Source: Amoebidium appalachense (taxonomy: Eukaryota > Protista > Ichthyosporea). Taken from it: a stretch of DNA of 64,000 nt. Every line of letters begins with the position of its first letter. The stretch's first letter is position 1. The position numbers and the translations under genes are program-made. Under the pieces are notes generated by a model. The model did no database searches, was not told the origin of the DNA, and was given only the letters and a program-made list of their open reading frames with translations. Location: positions 5,835,167-5,899,166 of the forward strand of contig CAVNZM010000005.1 of NCBI GenBank assembly GCA_963693365.1, read 5' to 3'. Positions 25,883 through 53,258 of the stretch are shown one piece after another.

Positions 25883-27306
25883 CCATTTTCAAGCCCCGTT
25901 TGGTGCACAACAGCACCTCCTAAACGTCCGGAAAACATGTGGCGTTTGTTCCCTTTCCTAAGTCACACTCCGGCAGACACTCCGGCATGGAGTTAGGTGT
26001 GGCACGTCAGGTCCGAACACAGACAGAGCAACGAACGTGCCCACTGCCCAGGCTGCACAGCGCTGATTGGTTTATCTACGCGCCTTTTTCTATAATCCAA
26101 TGACAAAGTTTTTTAAAAGGTGGGCAATGATGATGCGCCATTCCGCTCCGGTCACACTTCAAAGCTTCGTATGACATGGTTTCTATAGGCATCCGAGTAT
26201 AGACTAATGATATAAAGTGTCTTAGATGCAAACATGATACATATATAAAGTGCCCTGCTACTATTTTTCTGCTATCGTTGGCATTTCTGTGAGAGTACAC
26301 ACCTAAGGTTTTGAACGATGGAAGCAAATACACATAATCAACCCATTTCTATAACACGCACTCTCTTGGAATGCCGGCGCGGATGCATATGCCATATTTA
26401 GCAGTCGACCTTAGTTCGTATAGACCCGCCAACTTGGTGGCGTTCACGTGTGTAAACCTATCCAAGCCAAATTCGGAGGCAAAGTACCCCACTGAAAATC
26501 CTGGCGAGAATATCTACCTGCCTGCTCTGGGCCCACCCCTGGACCGTGTGTGTACAGCACACACGTCCGATTTTGCTACAATATAAATATTTTTTCAATA
26601 TAATTTGTACTATTTGCTTTTTTTTTAACTTGCAAGCCCTCTGGTATTGAAGGCTCGGGAGAAAAGAGAATATCGCCGTTACGAAATTCAGAAATTATGG
26701 AACTAGCCAGGAGAGGCCAATGAAGTGTTAGCGCCAATTCGCAGAAGATACGAATCTAAGCAGAATATGATTTGGCCAAATCTAGATCTACCGTATCTAC
26801 GATTTGTTTGTCCTTGTTTGGTCTATTCCTATTGGTTTCAGGATCTGCCGCGTGCACACATATCAACATGCAACTCACAGTCACACACCGTCCTTCGAGT
26901 CCCAAGTACTGTAGCCCTGTTTTGTTCACCAGCTATTTGTCGTGCTTTTTTCTATATCGTCAATATTTTTGTCTGCTTATTAGGTTTTTTCAGTGACTGC
27001 AATGCCTGCATTACTCGGGAACTCGGCCGCCACTCCCGGCGGAGTTCACCGGGAGCCCAGGATTACGAATGGCATGTACGGCGACGTCACGCTGCTGAAG
27101 TATGAGATCTGCCAATCATTCGATCGCAGCTGTGACAGGCGCCTCAGCCGGCGGGCGGCCGCTCAAGTGAGGCAATTGATAATAGAAAAAGGTTTGTTAA
27201 AGCCTCTAGGCTTACCTATATGCCTCAATAAATACCCCTTTTTTATTTTTCCCCTTTATGATTATGGAATATGGGAGTCCTGGTACCCGCCGAGCTACAT
27301 GCAAGA

Positions 27307-29063
27307 AGCTTGCTTACTTAGGTTATTTGCACATCACCCTAGGTTTCAATCTATTCTTCACATACACCCATGCCAATGCGCTTTTCGTAAAAACTATTCA
27401 TGTTATGTTCAAATAATGGCACTGCACGATTCTATATCTATGCAAGTTGGTGCACGATATGTTGGTTTTATTGATTGGAAAACTGCTTACGATTCTGTCT
27501 CCCCTGGTCTCCTATGGGAAAAGCTTGCTGCACGGGGTGCACCACACTGCATTGGTGTTTTGTTAGAAGCACTCTTGTCTCAAACCTATGGTAGAGCTGT
27601 GGTTGAAGGGCATCTTTCATATGGTTTTGCTCGTACTAGAGGTCTCTTGCAGGGTTCATTGCTTAGCCCCTTTTTGTTTAACCTATTTATAGATGATTTG
27701 GCTGTCAAGATTTATGCCGAAAATGATGACCCTATTAATAACTTTCCGCCTGCACTTCTCTATGCTGATGATCCGTCCCTCCTTGCCCGTACCCCTAGAC
27801 GCCTGCAAAGATTGTTCGATGTAGTGTCAGAGTGGTGCAAGGCAAACCTTATGATCCTTAACATAAACAAATGTGGTGTTCTTGTACCTGATATAGCTAA
27901 CAATTTACACACATTTACTAATTTATCATCTAAACGTTACCTGTACCTATAGTTCCAGAATACAAATATCTTGGTGTTCCGGTTTATTCTGTTGGTGTTA
28001 TGTTTTCCCATATGGTCGAAAAGAGGGTAGAGCTGGCTCGCAAGCGGTTAGCTTTCTTCTCGGCTAATATTTTTAAAGACACACCCCTCCATCCTTCTAT
28101 TAGACTTACATTTATTCGCACTTTTGTCTTCCCGGCATGTGAATATGGTTTACCCCTTCTCGCCGCTTGGATCAAGAAAGAGAGCGAGAACTAGAGCGCT
28201 TAAACCCTTGGCAAATTTCCTTGAAGCAGAAGTTGCCTCCTTTCTATCTAACAACTGTTGTAAACCTGGGCCTGTAATGCTCTCGATATATGGTCTGGTC
28301 CCAATAGCTGCTAGAGTATCCCATCTCGCGCTGAAATTCAATAAGCACATAAGCCGCTTAAAGAAGTATTTGCCCTCCCACCCTCTCTTCTCTATCCGAC
28401 CTGTCCCCTCCTCACCTCTCCCCTCTTTCCTTCCCTCTCTCTCTCCTTCTCCCCCGGGCACAAATACAAATAAACCCCGCAAAAGTGTGCGTGTGACTTT
28501 GGACTGCCACTTTCTTATTAGACATGTACACAATCACAAGATTACTAAGGCTACGCAATATAACAAATGGAAAAAGATACCACACGACACCAGAACCGAT
28601 GAAAGCATACACCTTGAAAAACTAAGCAATATGTCTCGTTTTATATATAATGACCGCCTTAACCATATTGCCAAATATGGCACTGCAAATGTGTAACACC
28701 TAAATACATATTACCTTCCTGTAGAATTGGTCTTTCTCTAGCTGATGGTATTATTGATCACATACCCGGCACGCTTTTACTGTACATGTGCTATACAGTG
28801 GAGATCTAATAAGTATAAGGTGGCATCGTTTGCCTGCCCAAACAACACACACACACACCAGTTTAAACGGTCATGTATTGCCAAATGTAGTTTGATAGAC
28901 CACATAATACCGCAACACACACACGTCACATTCACAACAGACACCCAGAAAGATAGCCTCCCTAAAAATGACAACATCCTTGATTTTATACTAAACACGC
29001 GAAACTACGACCTGTTTATTAGATGTATTGATTGGCTTGAGAAACACATCATTACAAAATTCT

Positions 29064-29160
<97 letters not shown>

Positions 29161-29411
29161 CCAGCTGATAACGAGTGTCCCAGGGGTGCCCGAAAAAAAA
29201 GAAGAAAAAAAGAAAAAAAAAACGGGGAACCCCAACTAATTGTTTTTTCTTAGTCTTTATGGTGTCTCGTAGAGAAAGTAAACCCTGATATATAATCATC
29301 ACCCGACAGCTATGTACGTGATCGTGATATACCGCTGAGGGGATATTTTGAGCAAAACCCCCCCATACCTGAGACTGGTCTCTCTTTGCCTCGAATAAAC
29401 AGTGTAAACCC
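27307..29411 (+). mobile_element. 5'-truncated, inactivated non-LTR retrotransposon (RT plus C-terminal Cys/His region plus 3' UTR)
   Basis: RT motifs QCAFR, FIDWKTAYDSV, GLLQGSLLSPFLFNLFIDDL and LYADD, with YKYLGV after a frameshift near 27950 and further stops. The ORF ends at 29065. 9-bp TSD CATGCAAGA at 27298-27306 and 29412-29420. Confidence 0.9.
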
Positions 29412-29944
29412 CATGCAAGATTGGGAGCTTCAAGATGTCATGCATAGAATTCACCGGCTGAAATGTTTCGTAAGAGTTCCCACCATGATTCTGCCAATCG
29501 GACACCAGCAAGTGAACTGGCGCCTTGTGTTCACGTACAAAAATAAGAAATAAGAACGCACAACTTTGCCACGTGCTGCCCACGGGCACGGTGGAGAAAG
29601 GAACATGCACGCACTGTTTTCATTATGACCCACATGTATTTTAGCCGCTTCCCGGGGTAGGGGCGGGCTGGCGGGTATCACACGCACGCGTATGTACATG
29701 ATGGAAGACGCCTGGCCGCTTGTGTTACAGCCTGCACCACGGGGTCGCTACTGAATTTTCCTAAAACAAAACCTCTTTAATCTCTTTTTCGGGTTTCTGG
29801 TGTTGCCAGCACGTGCTAGGGGTTGTTTATGCTGTGCATGTTCCACAATCGATCATGGCGCTGCCTCTCAGATCTCATTGAATTTTTCCGCCTGTATGTA
29901 AAAACTCCTGTAAGTGATGCAGCGCTTTCATGAAAGCAGTGTGA

Positions 29945-30012
<68 letters not shown>

Positions 30013-30113
30013 CAGTGTGTGTATGTGTGTGTATGTGTGTGTGTGTGTGTGTGTGTGCACGTGTGTGTGCGCGTGTGTGTGTGTGCGTGTGTGTGTGTGT
30101 GTGTGTGCACGTG

Positions 30114-30161
<48 letters not shown>

Positions 30162-30191
30162 GTAACACACACACACGGGTGTGTGTTTGTG

Positions 30192-30247
<56 letters not shown>

Positions 30248-30294
30248 TGTGTGTGTGTGTGTGCGTGTGCGTGTGTGTGTGTGTGCCACGGTGT

Positions 30295-30480
30295 GTGTGT
30301 GTTTTTTTTTATTATCCCGTTTTGTTCCCGGAGTGACCCCTTGGGCGCTCAGGGGGAACTACCATCTTCCACCCATCACCGACAGTACTCTAGCTAGGGT
30401 GCTACGATATTTATTAGCTAAGTTAACACACCTTTGAACAATCCTAACTATTTGCACACACTTTGCCCAGGGTATTCACC
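30295..30480 (-). mobile_element. SINE-like insertion, family 3 copy 1
   Basis: Flanking direct repeat tgtgccacggtgt (30282-30294, 30481-30493), T-rich tail on the left, homologous to 30939-31151. Confidence 0.7.
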
Positions 30481-30516
30481 TGTGCCACGGTGTATGTATG
30501 TGTGTGTGCGTGTGTG

Positions 30517-30584
<68 letters not shown>

Positions 30585-30595
30585 GTGTGCGTGTA

Positions 30596-30631
<36 letters not shown>

Positions 30632-30938
30632 CGTGTACGTTCGTGTGTGTAGATCTGATCGTGTGTAGTACATACGTGTGCGTGTACCATGTCTGTGTGT
30701 GTGCGCACGCGCTTGCACGGCCCGTGCGTGTGGTGTGGTGTGCCTGCTGAGTGTACGTACAGAGGCGTTGTAACGAGTAGGCTATGTCGACGTGACTCGA
30801 GTGTTCCCGTGGCCAATAACAATGTGGGTATGTACCCTCGTGGCGACACACTATCCAGCTCCCTGCACTTGCAGCTACACACAGTGTCACACGTGTACAT
30901 GTCCTTTTTCGAGCATGTACACAGACTCTGTACATCAC

Positions 30939-31151
30939 GTGCACATTTTTTTGTTTTTTTATTTTATCCCGTTTTGTTCCCGGAGGTACCCCTAGGGGCC
31001 CTCAGGGGGAACTACCATCTTCCACCCAGCACCGACAGTACTCTAGCTAGGGTGCTACGATGTTAGCAGACTTGAACTAACACACCTATAACAATCCTAA
31101 CTATATGTACACACTTTGCCCTGGGTATCAACCCCAGCCACGCCGGTGGGT
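30939..31151 (-). mobile_element. SINE-like insertion, family 3 copy 2
   Basis: 14-bp TSD actctgtacatcac (30925-30938, 31152-31165) and a T-rich tail on the left. Confidence 0.75.
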
Positions 31152-31428
31152 ACTCTGTACATCACAGGGAACGCCGTATCATACGTGTCGACGTCGGACC
31201 CCTGCATGCAGTCAGCGATCTCTGTACATACACATGTGTGTTTCCTTACTCTTTTTGCCAATTTTCTCTTATTTTATTGATCTTCAGCTCATCACCTCAT
31301 GGAAAAGGTTTGCTTAATGATGATCAGATATGTTTTTAATTACTTTGATCCCTCTATCCCCCCCCCCCCCCCTCCCCCCCCCCCCCCTCCCCCCCCCCCC
31401 CAAAAAAAAAAAAAAAAAAAAAAGAAAA

Positions 31429-31471
<43 letters not shown>

Positions 31472-31852
31472 GAAACGGAGATAGAAAGGGGAAAAAAGAA
31501 GAAAAAGGAAGGAAGAAGCGGATGACACGACTAATGATAGCCTCTGCACAAAAAAAAGGAGACTCTTGAGCGAATAAAGGAATTGACCAGGAGACACACC
31601 AGGTGAAAATGACGTTGAAACCACATGAAATCACAATTTTATCTAGATACACATTCCATGCCATGTATGTACTGCATTTGTAATCGACATTGAAAGTTGC
31701 ATTTTCAAGCAGTCTACATACCGCACAGATAGTGTAACAGTTTTCAAATTCATCTTTACGCAGTTTAGACACTATTATCTAACAGAATCCAAATCCAGTT
31801 TGGTTAGTTTAAACAAAAGAAGGGATTACACCACGATGGATCTTAGTTGAAT

Positions 31853-46627
<14,775 letters not shown>

Positions 46628-47200
46628 GTTCAATTGGTGATTGTTGCTCAGGGTGTAGCGGAGTGATGCTAATGTTGCAGAGAAGCAGCAACGTTCATTA
46701 GCTGGACTCAAAGATGTGGCGTTTTTCTACGCAAGTAACTATGCATGTGCGTTGTGTGTGGCTATTTTGCCATGGCACGAGAGTGTGCACAATATGGCGT
46801 GTTGGTGTTGCATAAGAGGCTGATGTCTGTGGTGCATTCAAAATGCGAACCAAGGTGTCTTTTAGTGTGTTCTGATGCCGTAAAAATTGTGATAAAAAAC
46901 CACAATTAGCTTATGTGAGAAACTTAGTTCTTACCGACCAAGCAAGGTTGGATGGGTAATGTTCCCGTAAAGAAGCGCATGAGTTCGAACATGAAACCAA
47001 AAAACTGCCCTTCGAATGTACGCCAGCACCGACAGTCAAAATAATTCAAAAAAATGCACATCTCTCATTGGCTTAGGTTTAGGTGTTACCCAAATAAGGC
47101 GGATTTATATGGCTGTTGATTCGTCCGAGCGGCAACCAAGCAACTCTAATATATATATTTACCGTAGCATTGAATTTGCCTTGGTCACTCTGAGTGCTGC

Positions 47201-47239
<39 letters not shown>

Positions 47240-47416
47240 TATGTCGTCGTCCCGTGGCGTAGTAGTGCCCGGCCACTTACGTAAGCCAGTGGGTACATAT
47301 CCTTGGAGACTAGCATTGCCTCAAGTTACAAGGTCGAGCAACGTACACGTCAACAACGTTCCCTTTCAATTCCCTTTCAATCACACCGAGTTCAATCCTT
47401 GTCATTGACTTCAAAA

Positions 47417-49086
47417 ATGTGTGCCCATATATCTGAGCGCGCTCTCATGAGCACAGAATACACCTTTTTCCTCATTAACAAGCGCCATCCGGGAGCTGCA
47501 AACATAGTAACTGCAGCGGAGATCACCTTTCAGGATAGCAAAGTGGGCGAAGAAGCAATCACACTGGAAAACATCAAAGAGAAACTGAGCTGTGTGTGCA
47601 GGAAACACTACATGTTGAATGTAACCGTAAACGACAAAAATTACCCATGCTTTTACGTGCACGACAACGTCAAAGCAACTGATGATCACGTGAGACTAGT
47701 TCATGTGGAGGAAGTTGCAACCACCAGTACATCATCCGACGAATCGTTCCAACATCATTTGGACCGAATAGTTCAACCCCAACTAATTGATTTCTCCTTG
47801 TAGTCTTTATGGTGTCTCGTAGAGAAAGTAAACCCTGATATATAGTCACCACCCGACATCTATGTACGTGATCATGATATACCGCTGAGGGGATATTCCG
47901 AGCAAAACCCCCCCCCCCCCATACCTGAGACTGGTTCTCTTTGCCTCGAGTAAACAGCGTAAACCCCCAAGCGCTATACGTAGCACCACTGAGCCAGTTG
48001 AAAGAGCCCCCATACGTCCAGGTTTCTGCGCTCGTCTTTAAGTGTCGCGACGGGTGCGTACGTTACGGCCTTGCCTCTGCGCACCTTCACGTGGTTGGAG
48101 ACCTGCAGGCGGGAGTTACCATATTTGGCGATTTGGCTGCATCACTAATAAGCCCCACCTATGGGGTTTCTTCAACTGGATCATTGCCCCAGCCGCCGCC
48201 TACTTCGGTGGAAATCTGCCCAAGCGACCGAAAGGGGGTCCTTCGCTTTCTCTTCGGTGGGGGGGTCGGGGTGTTCAACCAAATATTCGGGAACAAAGAG
48301 GGGAACACGCGTTCGGAGTTTAACACAGAAACGTCGGCGGGCAAAGATGGCGTTCACGATCCGTGCGCCAGTGTCAGAATAGAGCCCGAAATTACGAAGA
48401 AACTGCAAGAGATGGCGAAAAAAAGCGGAAATATTAAAATGCACGGGGTTTTAATGGCAGCGGCAGTATTGGCACACAGGAAAGAGGTACAGGCAAACCC
48501 GAACCCCCTCCTCCAGAAAAAAATGAACGAGACGAAAGAAACAAAGAGTGGCGAGGCGGGGCTGAAACTTCAAATTCCGGTTCTTTCTCCCGTCGATATC
48601 CGTCGGAGGGCGACCCCACCCGTCCAGAAATCCCTGGTTGCCTCGCTTTCCTACGGGATATGCTGCTCACCCGTTGTGCCGCTGGCAGGCGACGAAATTT
48701 CGCCTGGGGATTTTTGGAAGCTGGCGCAGGAATGCCACGAGGACACGCACAAAAAAATCAACCGGGGGGATTTTTGGTGGGTGGCGTATGCGGCAGACAA
48801 TATCCCGTTTTTCTTGTCCAGAAAAGCAGCGGCAGACACGGAAAATGTTCCCTTCCCGCCTATCTCAATTGGGAATTTGGGGGTCCTTGACGAAATTATC
48901 GTGTCCCAGGGGGTAAGGACAAAAAACCTCGCCGTGTATTTTCACCATGGAAAGGGGATTTATGTATCTGCACTCACATCTTTGGACGGGCTCGTTTTAA
49001 CCTTTACGGGAGAGCTTTCTCTGCAGCAACGGCAAATGTTTGCTAACGAGATGGGTAGAATAATGATAAGAATGGCTGAAAATTAA
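47417..49086 (+). pseudogene. Intronless condensation-domain-like (PapA5/alcohol acetyltransferase-type) acyltransferase interrupted by an insertion
   Basis: The N part (ERALMSTEYTF...ANIV) and the C part (HVVGD = HxxxD, SPVDIRRR, SIGNLG) rejoin in frame when 47783-47970 is removed. Confidence 0.7.
47775..47970 (+). mobile_element. Short copy of the retroelement 3' end (family 2)
   Basis: Closely matches 29228-29411. CCCCAA is repeated at both junctions. Confidence 0.9.
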
Positions 49087-49229
49087 CATAGGACCCCCCT
49101 CTCTGTCTCTTCTGTTTACACCCACAAAAAGGTCGAGCACATTGTTTGATTTGTGGCTATAACGATTTGTGCACGTACTTCTCGAACACGTGTGCACACA
49201 CACACACCATTAATATTGGTATGCCCATG

Positions 49230-49280
<51 letters not shown>

Positions 49281-49318
49281 AACACACACACACACACACA
49301 TGCATGCACCCACGCACG

Positions 49319-49353
<35 letters not shown>

Positions 49354-49508
49354 GTGCACACGCATGGGGCACTGTGATTGGATATATGCACTTACTCTTC
49401 GTGTTTATTAAGTTATTTAAGAGATAAAGGTGGTCGTTGTCTAGGCCTGTTTGCACACCAGGATAACCCTATTTTACAGAGTGAAAATCCTGAGAAAATT
49501 CTGCCGGT

Positions 49509-49540
<32 letters not shown>

Positions 49541-50483
49541 GGGGGGGGAGGGGAGAGGTTGGGGGGGGGGGGGGGGGGGAGGGAGGGAGGGGGGGGGCTT
49601 TAGTACTAGTAGTAAATCAATTTCCGTCCTGGTGGGATTGTCATACTGTATCTATTTAAAAAATTATATTGTACTTTATTTCCCGACGGCGATATGAAGG
49701 AGTAGATCGCCGAGATATATAAAGCATATCTCGACTCCGTAGATCACCGGCGGCAAGCCGCGCAATTAATAGTAATACGGGCTTTACAATGAAACCCACT
49801 TTGTGGACACTATCTGTAGCTACAACGGTGTATAGCCACATGCTCCGTAGGAAAACTAAACGGTATACGTTACGCCAACGGTAAATTCGTGAGATGGTGC
49901 AGGCACCTCGTGTGCTCGTACGTGGGTCTGTTCCTTTTATTTGATGGTGAAAAGAATTATGTGCTAATATCAGCCTTCTGCATGCATGTAGAAGGCTGCA
50001 AGCGTGGTTCAAATTTAAAACTTGGAGAGGTCGAACCGAAACGTTTCCCCCCCCCCCCCCCCCCTCCAACCACCACCACCACCACCACACCGCCCACACA
50101 CACACACACACACACACATCCCCCGCCGCCGCCGCCGGTCAACCTGCCAGGGAGGTATGTGTTCAGGCCTAGCGTGGTACACCTCTCCGGCTGGTGTATA
50201 CTGGATGTAGCGCTTAGCTTAAAAGTACCTGTTATAACGTGTGTGCTTGACAATGTGTCATGATCACGGTGCCATGCATAGCCAACATTGTCTGACTCAC
50301 GGTTCATAGATGCAATCATATAGCTGCATGGGAGGAATCAACATGAAATCGGCTATGATGGGCTTGCAAATATGCGCAAATGAGCGAAAGTGGCTGCAGC
50401 TGTGGACCGGTGGTGTACGTGTGTGTGGTGTGTGCATGGGAGGTGGGCGCGGGAGTGGGAGGTGTATGTGTGTGTGTGTGTAT

Positions 50484-50514
<31 letters not shown>

Positions 50515-51563
50515 AGAATGTGGAACACTACAGGAAAAACAACTACACGATGAGGAACACGCGTGGCATACGCAGCTAAGCAGAAGCAGTAACTATATAG
50601 GGGATGACATGGGACTTCAATAGGGAATGATTAAAGGGAACGGGGGGGAGGGGGGGGGGAGGATCAACAAAGGCACTTCGGTTTAATCCTGCACGAGGAC
50701 AAAAGGCCCGGCCTGCATCAAGATTACAAAGAACCCCGAGATGTTCAGCCGCACCAAGTACATTGCCACAAAGTGCCCACCTTACTCGTCAGCACGTATG
50801 TCTCGGCGACATTGCGCCTGTGTAGGAGACAATGCAAAGGTAAACAATCCACTATGCAACATTTGTAGGAGGAGGGGAGGGGAGGGGGGTGGAGGCATCA
50901 AAGCTCAGACGCACCGATTCTCAGACCATGTTTATGTACAGGGACACAGAGCCACCTGCAGGCTTTAATCTCTCTTGACTGCACCCTGCCCAGGAAAGGG
51001 GCAATCGCATGATAGGTGCGTGGAGGAACCAGCCACCCAATCACCTGCAAGCACCCATGCCTATATATGGTAAACGCACCCTGGTAAGAATGTTAGGGTA
51101 TGACCCCCGTAAAACAGTCTTGCCAAACTTTGTGAATCGTTGATTGATCAAATGCAAAGCTACAATTTTGCCATTCTTTAACCTTAAAGCACGCCGGCTA
51201 AGCCGACGGGTCATTACAGCACTTACTAAAAATAGACCGATTTTCATCACCATGCACGGCTTGTTCAATGCGCCTTCGTGTGCGTCTCATTTTTTTAATT
51301 CCCGTCTTCGCATTCTATATGCTCACGCTAAAACTAAGTTGCCCTTTTATGTACTTAACATCTGTAAATAGAAACACATCAAGAGCAACAGAGACGAAGA
51401 ATTAAAAACCCCAACCCAACCCTCATTCACAGCGGACAATGATTCCCTCCCCTTAGACCACTATCACCATCTCCGTTCCTCAAAATTTCCGAGTCGAAAT
51501 TCAAGAAAGGTCTCCGTAAACATACGCAACAGGAGTGGGGGTCCAAGCAAATTGCACAAAAAT

Positions 51564-52194
51564 CTATGCGCGCTTGTAGAAGCGTCTGTGCTTGTCATCG
51601 ATGCTCTCGAGGTAGTAGGTGCCCGGGAAAAATTCGACGGGGGCCACTGGGGTATAGGGAGCCAAGTGGTGGGTCTCCTCCCTGAGTTTCATGGCGGCGG
51701 CAAAATCGGCTGGGTCGGACCACTTGCGGGTGGCAAGGCGGTCCAATATTGCCTTTGAGTGGGCGTAGATCGGGTGATCCGGTTGGCTGAAAGTTAGCGA
51801 GAACATGGAGGAGGCCAGGCCGGAGCCGTATGAGAAGAGCATGGCGCGCTTGCCGTTAAGCTCTGTAGAGAAAATTGTGCTGTTAGGGTGGATGACTTTG
51901 TGTATAGCGAATATTCATTAATGATCGGTGTTTCGACTGTGGGGCTAATGAATGGTATACACAAACGCGAGCAGTGTGTGTGCGCCATGCATGCAGCATT
52001 GCTTAAACTACCATTCACATGTATGTGAGGCAAACAGCCGAGAGAGAGGCCGATACCCCCCCCCCCTCTTTCCCCCTGCCGCGCAGGTCAGTACTTAACA
52101 CGATCCCCCCAAACTCTCCACCCCTGAACTCTTAAGGCAAGTCGAGAACACAAAAGGAGGGAACGGTGTGCGTGTGTGTGTCGTGTGTGTGTGT

Positions 52195-52225
<31 letters not shown>

Positions 52226-52327
52226 GGGGGGGGGGGGAGGGGGCGATGGAGGGAGGGAGGGAAGGGAGGAGGGGAAGGGCAAGATATACATATATGCATG
52301 GTTGCAGGAGCTGTATGTTGGGGAGGA

Positions 52328-52358
<31 letters not shown>

Positions 52359-52365
52359 TGGTGGT

Positions 52366-52403
<38 letters not shown>

Positions 52404-53210
52404 GATTTGAGAGGGGAAAGAATACACACCAGCCCCCGTCTTATTGCCCAGGAGGGAGGCAAGGCCGCAGTACAGCGAGCCAGTGTACGTGTTACCGAGC
52501 TCCATAGCGAGTGTGAGTGTCGGGTCAACCTTCTGCTTGCACAGGGCGTTTGACGCAGTCATAAACGCCTTCTCCACATCGCGATCCATGTACGTCTCCT
52601 CGCGTTTCTTATCCCTGAACTCCTGAACATTCGCAAACTTGCTGTCGTCAGGGTTCGTGAGGAAATCGTTGAAAAGAATGCGGCCAAAAGACTTCTTCAC
52701 CAGCTTGGTGAACGGGGAGTGGAAGCAGAAAAAGTCCGGGGTTTCCATGGAGAAAGGCTGGTTGGTGCGGCGGGAGAACTTCTGTGCGTAGCGCGTGTAG
52801 CAGATGTCTACGGCACGGAGGTAGCACGTGATGGAGAGTTTACCGTCCACCACCGGGTACTCTGAAGAGAGGTCCGGCTTGTAGAAGTCCCACGCGTGCT
52901 CGAAGTGGGAGGCGCGGAGGCCGGCATCGATAACGAGGGGGGCGTTGGGCCCGATGAGCATGGCAACAACACCTGTGGGACACGCACACGTTAGACATGA
53001 TAACATACTATTAATACTATAAATATTCCAGCGAATGCGAACTCTTCACGTTTAAGGCAGTAGCATGCCATGTTGCCAGCACATGCATACTCCTTTGTGC
53101 CGAGTAAAGCGCGAATTCCCTTAAATCCTCTGCAAACATAAATCCGTGTCCCCCCCTCCCCCTCCCGATCGCCCCAAACACACAACCCCCCCTCCCCCCT
53201 CCCCCCTCAT

Positions 53211-53258
<48 letters not shown>

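Noticed and set aside
29163-29197. Hammerhead-like CUGAUAACGAG...CCGAAA
   Set aside because: Non-canonical core, weak stem II and no stem III (followed by an A-run).
47774-47782. CAACCCCAA, matching the Tetrahymena telomerase template
   Set aside because: A 9-mer at an insertion junction with no telomeric array; likely chance.
49650-51370. Short ORFs between the acyltransferase and HMGCS
   Set aside because: No recognisable motifs or consistent exon chain.
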